DNA of 64,000 nt from an uncultured Planctomycetota bacterium (GTDB lineage: Bacteria > Planctomycetota > Planctomycetia > Isosphaerales > Isosphaeraceae): the NCBI GenBank assembly GCA_963823665.1, contig CAWGMQ010000008.1, positions 1,216,001 to 1,280,000 on the forward strand, given 5' to 3'. This document shows positions 63,557-64,000 of the stretch, piece by piece (positions within the stretch are counted from its first letter, which is position 1; every line of letters begins with the position of its first letter). A program made the position numbers and the translations under genes. The notes beneath the pieces were generated by a model, which worked only from the letters and a program-made list of their open reading frames with translations, did no database searches and was not told the origin of the DNA.

Positions 63557-64000
63557 ATGCGGAGAGCGACATTCAATGTAGGAGTGTTGGTGCTCGTCGG
63601 CCTCGTGTGCGGACAGGCTGCCGCCCAGGGTATTCCCGAGGAGGCGCTCAAAAAGCTGCGGCACGACTTGGGCGGCTCCTTCCTGGTATCCCGCGACAAG
63701 GTACAGGAGGAACTGAAGCTGACCGAGGAGCAGAAAGAAAAGCTTGAGCAACACCTTCGGGAAGTGCTTCCGGAGGCCATGCAGTTTTTCCAGAAGATCC
63801 ACGACCTCAAGCCGGAGGAGCGAAAGAGAGAACTCGCAGCATACCGACCGAAGGCGCAGGAGAAACTGGCAGCGGTGCTGAAGGAGACCTTGAGCGACGG
63901 CCAGCGTAAGCGCCTGCACCAACTTGAGCTGCAACGGGAGGGGCTTCGGGACGGAAAGGTCTGGAGAGACCTGCAAATCACCGACGAGCAGCGGAAACAA
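63557..64000 (+). CDS. Secreted helical-repeat protein (Spy/LTxxQ-like), runs off the window
   Basis: Manual translation: signal peptide, then VQEELKLTEEQKEKL, LSDGQRKRL, LQITDEQRK. Confidence 0.7.
   Translation, partial: MRRATFNVGVLVLVGLVCGQAAAQGIPEEALKKLRHDLGGSFLVSRDKVQEELKLTEEQKEKLEQHLREVLPEAMQFFQKIHDLKPEERKRELAAYRPKAQEKLAAVLKETLSDGQRKRLHQLELQREGLRDGKVWRDLQITDEQRKQ

Overview
GC-rich Planctomycetota-like DNA (DUF1501/PSD1 genes, long C-terminally extended ECF sigma factors). About 2966-32745 is a ~30-kb island bracketed by two diverged in-frame copies (2822-2965 and 32746-32889, ~83% identical) of the 3' end of a dehydrogenase/cytochrome c gene. The island carries an IS4 inserted in a REP palindrome, a 125-repeat CRISPR array and a minus-strand type I-B cas locus (WYL remnant-cas1-cas2-sigma-like gene-crRNA-like RNA-cas6-cas8-cas7-cas5-cas3-cas4-leader-array). 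It also holds an ECF/Ser-Thr kinase pair, a RelE/HTH toxin-antitoxin pair, a truncated serine recombinase and several gene fragments. The main finding is a divergent ECF-like sigma gene inside the cas operon, followed by an orphan CRISPR repeat. Its 'spacer' matches the 5' leader of that sigma gene over 15 nt, with mismatches only at positions 6 and 12, next to a TTG PAM-like triplet. This suggests a Cascade-repressed sigma factor circuit. The right half is more ordinary: SulP, Tat aminotransferase, trpS, ComEC probably fused to a hydrolase, hipBST with operators, an ABC exporter, ECFs, leuA with a leucine attenuator, DUF1501/PSD1. About 11 single-base frameshifts across unrelated genes suggest sequencing indels. 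All protein calls come from motif recognition by eye; no database searches were run.
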